In this document: positions 59,502 to 64,000 of the stretch, one piece after another
Layout of the letters: every line of letters begins with the position of its first letter
Numbering within the stretch: position 1 is the stretch's first letter
From: Candidatus Brocadiia bacterium
Lineage (GTDB): Bacteria; Planctomycetota; Brocadiia; SM23-32
Assembly (NCBI GenBank): GCA_046538485.1
Contig: JBKHIT010000020.1
Span: 14,047-78,046, forward strand
DNA: 64,000 nt
Direction of reading: 5' to 3'
Program-made: the position numbers and the translations under genes
The notes under the pieces: model-generated
Told to the model about the DNA's origin: nothing
Seen by the model: the letters and a program-made list of their open reading frames with translations, nothing else
Databases searched by the model: none

Positions 59502-61298
59502 TCACGGTGCCATTTCCCGAAAAGCCGGACAGTTTTCAAGCAGCTCGTCGTATGTGCCCTGCGCCTGAAGACGACCTTCCCTGAGAAAATATAACGTATC
59601 ACAATCCTGCACGGTAGTTAACCTGTGTGCTATCATTATAATCGTTCGGTCCCCCTTGAGCTCGTTCACCGACTCCACAATGGCCCGCTCCGTCGCGCTG
59701 TCCAGGTTGGATGTTGCCTCGTCCATCACAAGAACGTCGGGATTGTGGTAAATCGCCCGGGCGATGCCGATGCGCTGGCGCTGTCCGCCGGACAGGCGTA
59801 TTCCCCGCTGGCCAACTTCCGTGTCAACGCCTTCCGGTAACCGCTCCACCATCTCGTCCAGCTGGGCCGCACTCACCGCGCGACTGAGCATCTCGGGGTC
59901 GATATCCTCCTCCGGGATGCCCAGCGCTATGTTATGCCTGATTGTGTCGTCGAGCAGATAGATGAACTGCGGGATGTAACCGATATTCTTCTGCCATCCC
60001 CGGAGATTCTCCTGGATGTCGGTGCCATCCACCGTGATCCGCCCCTCAGTCGGCTCCAACAAACCGAGAATCAGGTCGATCATGGTCGTCTTCCCCGCTC
60101 CGGTGGGGCCGACGAACGCGACGGATGCGCCCCGGGGGAAACTGAGGGTGACGTCAGAGAGCGCCGGGGTATCCGTGTTTTCATAATAAAACGTCACATC
60201 GTCAATGCTCACTCTGTCACGCAGGTGGAGCGTCTCAGCGTCGGATACATCTGACAAACCTTTTTCGCAATTTATCTGCTGTAAATACTGGAGGTCCTCG
60301 TACACTGGTTCGACGCTCAGGAGGGAATAGCGCAGTCTGGTGAAATTGTTCGCTATCTCGCTCATCACACCCCGCAGCCTCGCCAGCGCAACGGCAAACA
60401 GGGCGAGCATGGGAATGGCCTGCTTGACGCTCTGATCAAAGCCCCATACGAGAACAAGGGCCAGAACTAACATCGTTAAAACGCCAATGGTTTCCAGTAA
60501 CGGTGCGATAACTTTCCGGATAATCTGTTTGTAACGCTGACTTCTGGCCGCATTTCGGGCACTTCGGCCAAAAGCATCGGTAAAGGATTGTTCACAGCCC
60601 AGCACGCGTGCTTCCTTTATGCCCTCAACACCCTGCTGGAGACATTTGTTGGATATATTACGTTCATCGACCGCAATCCGGCCGTATTCCCGGATCCTGT
60701 GATGAAGTTTCAGTACGAATCCCCCGCCTGCGAGGCCCAGAACACAAATCATGACCGCTGTCGCCACGGGTTGCACGATTAAAAGCATGGTCAGAACAAG
60801 TAACAGGACAACGCTTTTTGTTAGAACTCTGAGCAAGGGCATGAGGACGCGATCAGCAATTTCCCGACACTCCTGATTGGCATTACGCAGCAGTTCGGAA
60901 CTGTTGCGCTGGAGGAAAAACGGATACGGGGCGTTCATGTAGGCGGAGAAAAGGCGGATGCGGAGTCCGGCCATGCGATTGGTGGTGTAGCGGGCCTGGA
61001 GGGCGGAGTTGAAGGCGGCCAGGGCGTTTTTGACCAGAAAAACTATTAATATGGCCCCGCTCCCCGTCAGCAGCAGGCGCCGGGGCGTGTCGATGTTGAG
61101 ACTCTTGAGCGTTTCACCGACCACGGGATAAGCCAGAACTTCCTCCGGATAGACTATGGCTCCCAGAAAGGCGGGTATAATCCCTATACCGGCCAGTTCC
61201 GACAGCGCCACGATCACCATGAGAAGGACAAGAATCCCGAACTTGATCTTATCGCTCCGGCCGAAGAGGGCGTACAGTTTTTTGAGTTGTTCAGTCAA
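59502..61298 (-). CDS. ABC exporter, fused permease/ATPase (PglK/MsbA-like flippase)
   Basis: GPTGAGKTT, LSGGQRQRIGIARA, DEATSNLD, IAHRL. Confidence 0.92.
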   Translation of the reverse strand: MTEQLKKLYALFGRSDKIKFGILVLLMVIVALSELAGIGIIPAFLGAIVYPEEVLAYPVVGETLKSLNIDTPRRLLLTGSGAILIVFLVKNALAAFNSALQARYTTNRMAGLRIRLFSAYMNAPYPFFLQRNSSELLRNANQECREIADRVLMPLLRVLTKSVVLLLVLTMLLIVQPVATAVMICVLGLAGGGFVLKLHHRIREYGRIAVDERNISNKCLQQGVEGIKEARVLGCEQSFTDAFGRSARNAARSQRYKQIIRKVIAPLLETIGVLTMLVLALVLVWGFDQSVKQAIPMLALFAVALARLRGVMSEIANNFTRLRYSLLSVEPVYEDLQYLQQINCEKGLSDVSDAETLHLRDRVSIDDVTFYYENTDTPALSDVTLSFPRGASVAFVGPTGAGKTTMIDLILGLLEPTEGRITVDGTDIQENLRGWQKNIGYIPQFIYLLDDTIRHNIALGIPEEDIDPEMLSRAVSAAQLDEMVERLPEGVDTEVGQRGIRLSGGQRQRIGIARAIYHNPDVLVMDEATSNLDSATERAIVESVNELKGDRTIIMIAHRLTTVQDCDTLYFLREGRLQAQGTYDELLENCPAFREMAP

Positions 61299-61300
61299 TT

Positions 61301-61680
61301 CAGATGTCAGAGGTCAGAGGTTAGAGGTCAGTGACGGCAGACCGTTGACGGTGGACGATGGTAACGGCATTAGACGACGGACGGCTGACGGCTGACGGCC
61401 AGGAAGCTATGAAGTTGAGAAGTTGGGAAGTTGAGAAGATACGAAATGACGAACGGCAAACGGCAAACGGCCAGGAAGCTGGGAGGTTAGGAAGCTGAGA
61501 AGATAGGAAACTATGAAACTACGAAACGGCGAAACGACAGAGGTCAAACGGCCAAGAAGCTTAGAAGATAGGAAGATTGGAAGCCTACCAGATTGGAAGT
61601 TAAGAAGTTATGAAGTTATGAAGTTGGGAAGCTTACCAGATTAAAAGTTGGGAAACTGCGAAGCTATGAAACCAAGAAGT
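61301..61680. repeat. Low-complexity 7-mer and 8-mer microrepeat spacer
   Basis: (cagaggt)n, (acggctg)n, (gaagttat/gaagttgg/gaagctga)n. Confidence 0.85.
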
Positions 61681-61700
61681 CGTAAATGGGTGTTATGTCG

Positions 61701-61822
61701 CTATATGTCAAAATCCTCCAACCATTCTAACAGACTGGGAACGTGGCTTTTAATCGCATCCCATACGATCCGATCATCTACCGTGTCATAACCATGTATA
61801 ATTTTGCTTCTCTTTCATCCAT
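61701..61822 (-). pseudogene. HepT/DUF86 toxin with large internal deletion
   Basis: MDEREAKL joined out of frame to IIHGYDTVDDRIVWDAIKSHVPSLLEWLEDFDI*; 122 bp in total. Confidence 0.8.
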
Positions 61823-62123
61823 AAACTCGCTCCCTTTTTTGGTCAACTAACCTGCGGAAGTAAGGATTGCGGACCGACTGGGGAGTAATTATCTCAACCT
61901 CCGTCCCAAGCAAACTTTCCAATTTTTGGCATAGCTCTAAATAGCGAGATAATAGCCCGGGCTCCGCTTCGGGGCTCTCAAACTCAACAATGAAATCCAC
62001 ATCGCTCCGCCCAGGCCTGAACTCTCCGGTCGCCGCAGAGCCAAACACTTCAAGACGACGAATTTTGCATTCCTCGCATATGTCAGAAAGCTCTCTACGG
62101 TGTTTTTCGATCGTGTCAATCAA
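61815..62123 (-). CDS. mntA: Minimal nucleotidyltransferase antitoxin
   Basis: VFGSAATGEFRPGRSDVDF; RNPYF. Confidence 0.88.
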   Translation of the reverse strand: MIDTIEKHRRELSDICEECKIRRLEVFGSAATGEFRPGRSDVDFIVEFESPEAEPGLLSRYLELCQKLESLLGTEVEIITPQSVRNPYFRRLVDQKRERVYG

Positions 62124-62386
62124 CGTCTATCCTCACTCACGATTTGAGCCACGGATTTCCCCTCTATTGAGACGGGGCGAGCAACTCCTGCGGGTTTGCC
62201 TCCATCCCAATCGGCATCGTCTGATTTTATTAGATCTTTAATGGACTCTTCTACTGGTGTGTTGGGCGGCGATATCCGTGCAATCTCACGGTGTTGCTCG
62301 GCCACTACAATTTCCTCGCCATGCTCTACTTCATCGATATATTCATCGATGTGCTCCTTCAGTTGGGGTAAATCTACGCGTTTCAT
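62120..62386 (-). CDS. Phd/YefM-family antitoxin (orphan)
   Basis: LKEHIDEYIDEVEHGEEIVV...IARISP; C-term VSEDR. Confidence 0.8.
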   Translation of the reverse strand: MKRVDLPQLKEHIDEYIDEVEHGEEIVVAEQHREIARISPPNTPVEESIKDLIKSDDADWDGGKPAGVARPVSIEGKSVAQIVSEDRR

Positions 62387-62451
62387 GGGGGTTCTCCTAC
62401 AAAAGGCGTCTGGCCGCTTCTGAGACTCTCTTCTGCCTCTTTTTCTCCTGC

Positions 62452-62727
62452 TCAGCAGAAGAACGATTGTACGTCATAGCCTGCTTCCTCTAAAATCTCA
62501 TCCGCTGAATATTGAAAGGGGGAGACTTCCAATTTGGCCAGGGAAGCAATAAAATCTTCACGAGATATCCCCGCAATTTCGGCTGCCTTTTCCTGAGACA
62601 CAATCCCCATTTCGTACCACTTCAGCGCGGCTGTCAGCCGGATATCCCGGGCAAACTCATCCGGACTTTCCTTCAATGCCGCAAAGGTATCGACCGGAAG
62701 GTCGAATGATATTGTTTTTGTTTTCAT
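62452..62727 (-). CDS. UPF0175-family putative antitoxin (orphan)
   Basis: AALKWYEMGIVSQEKAAEIAGISREDF; start MKTKT. Confidence 0.8.
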   Translation of the reverse strand: MKTKTISFDLPVDTFAALKESPDEFARDIRLTAALKWYEMGIVSQEKAAEIAGISREDFIASLAKLEVSPFQYSADEILEEAGYDVQSFFC

Positions 62728-62856
62728 AGTCACACTCCGATAAAAGACTCGATTCGACCCGTCACATAAAACTATCATCTTTACGGAACCGCGCACTGTC
62801 AACCTGACCGGCAGACGGAGGACCGGTGATCGGTTGGGCAAACGGCGGACGTCGGG

Positions 62857-63314
62857 GAAACTATGAAGTTATGAAGTTGGGAAGCTACGACGTTGAGAAG
62901 CTGTGCCACCCTCCGGGGGATCGGTCAGTAGAGACCAGATGTCAGAAGACAGATGTCAGGCGGACAGGCGAACAGATTAACAGCAACGAACAGAGGAGAG
63001 AGGGCAGATGTCAGAGACCAACAACCAGAAACCAGTTACCAGAAACCAGCAACCAACAGACGTCAGAGGTCGGCGACGGCAGTGGCGTCGAGGAAGTTGA
63101 GAAGCTACGAAGTTTAGAAGATGAGCCACCCTCCGCGGGGATCGGTCAGTAGAGACCAGATGTCAGAAGACAGATGTCAGAGGTCAGTAACAGCGGACAG
63201 GCGAACAGATTAACAGCAACGAACAGAGGTCAGATGTCAGACGTCAGCGACGGCGAGCAACGGAACAGATTAACGACAAGAACCAGAGGGCAGAAACCAG
63301 CAACCAGCAACGAC
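62857..63314. repeat. Mosaic microrepeat spacer with internal duplications
   Basis: gccaccctccg.ggggatcggtcagtagagaccagatgtcagaagacagatgtcag at 62905 and 63125; (accagaa)n; (cagatgt)n. Confidence 0.85.
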
Positions 63315-63435
63315 CGGTCATCAACTCCCACCATCTCCCCCCGTACATACCGGTGCCGCGTCAGTTGGGAACGTTTTTGTTCGCCAACCTCTTATCTGAA
63401 AACATCTTACATCATTTTGTCGCGCCGACGGGCGG

Positions 63436-63939
63436 TCAGATGGGGTCGACCTCCGAGGCATCCACCTCGATCAGCATGCTGCGGTTGATGAAATGGACGT
63501 TCAGAGCCACGCGGAAATCGCGACGTTGCTCGGCCACTACACCTTCCACCCCGCGGAACGGACCGGAACAGATCCGCACCCGCTGACCCTCCTCCAAACC
63601 GGGCGCGGTCTCGAGTTCATCCGACACCTCCAGCGCCCGCTGAATCTCCTTCAAATCGCGGACGAGCGTCTCCTCGTCGTAGACGCGCAATACGTTCACA
63701 ACATGACCGCTTCGGCCCAGATCGTAACATTTCTCCTCCGACAGACACCCGAAGACGTAGTTCGGGAAACACGGGACCAGGTGCTCGTGGGTGCTTTTCT
63801 CGTAATGTTTGACGTTCCGGCGCAACGGCAGATAGTGTCGCACTCCGAGCCGCCGGCACTGCTCCGCAACTTTTTTCTCCCGACGCGCCCCCGTGTGAAA
63901 ACAATACCACCGCAAAGTCGAGTCCGACGACGGCACCAC
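63436..63939 (-). CDS. NusG/RfaH/UpxY-family transcription antiterminator paralogue
   Basis: WY..HT..RREKKV, HYLPL, PCFPNYVF, GQRVRICSGPFRGVEG (KOW). Confidence 0.9.
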   Translation of the reverse strand: MVPSSDSTLRWYCFHTGARREKKVAEQCRRLGVRHYLPLRRNVKHYEKSTHEHLVPCFPNYVFGCLSEEKCYDLGRSGHVVNVLRVYDEETLVRDLKEIQRALEVSDELETAPGLEEGQRVRICSGPFRGVEGVVAEQRRDFRVALNVHFINRSMLIEVDASEVDPI

Positions 63940-64000
63940 CAGGATTTGTTATGCTTCAGACGGAATTGGACATTTCCTCTTCGGGAATTAGTATGTAGTT

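Noticed and set aside
62826..63488. ORFs 62826..63152 and 63174..63488
   Set aside because: Translations of microrepeat tracts

Overview
Bacterial chromosome segment, most likely Planctomycetota or a related PVC lineage. This is inferred from the four DUF1559/prepilin-type genes, the planctomycete-style Ser/Thr kinase and the REP types, and was not verified by search. There are three blocks. (1) ~0.9-28.9 kb is an all-minus-strand carbohydrate-utilisation-like island headed by a GntR/LacI-type regulator. It holds four prepilin-leader/H-X9-DG genes (two frameshifted by short duplications), two very large collinear paralogous secreted GH-like proteins, a FlgD-propeller-PA14 protein, a heparinase II/III-like lyase and a DUF4838 protein. 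(2) ~29-41 kb holds a Ser/Thr kinase, an ARPP-1/VIT-vWA pair, a ferritin-like gene convergent with an uncalled 44-aa Cys/His-rich peptide, pfkA and a GH42 beta-galactosidase. (3) ~41.5-64 kb is a surface-polysaccharide locus headed by a NusG/RfaH paralogue (ABC exporter, glycosyl-, sulfo- and methyltransferases, asnB). Its spacers are mosaics of REPs, a MITE, 7-9-bp microrepeats and long cross-matching direct and inverted repeats, and they carry intact, truncated and antitoxin-only toxin-antitoxin modules. No rRNA, tRNA, CRISPR array, transposase or integrase was recognised. All calls are by eye from motifs; no database search was run.
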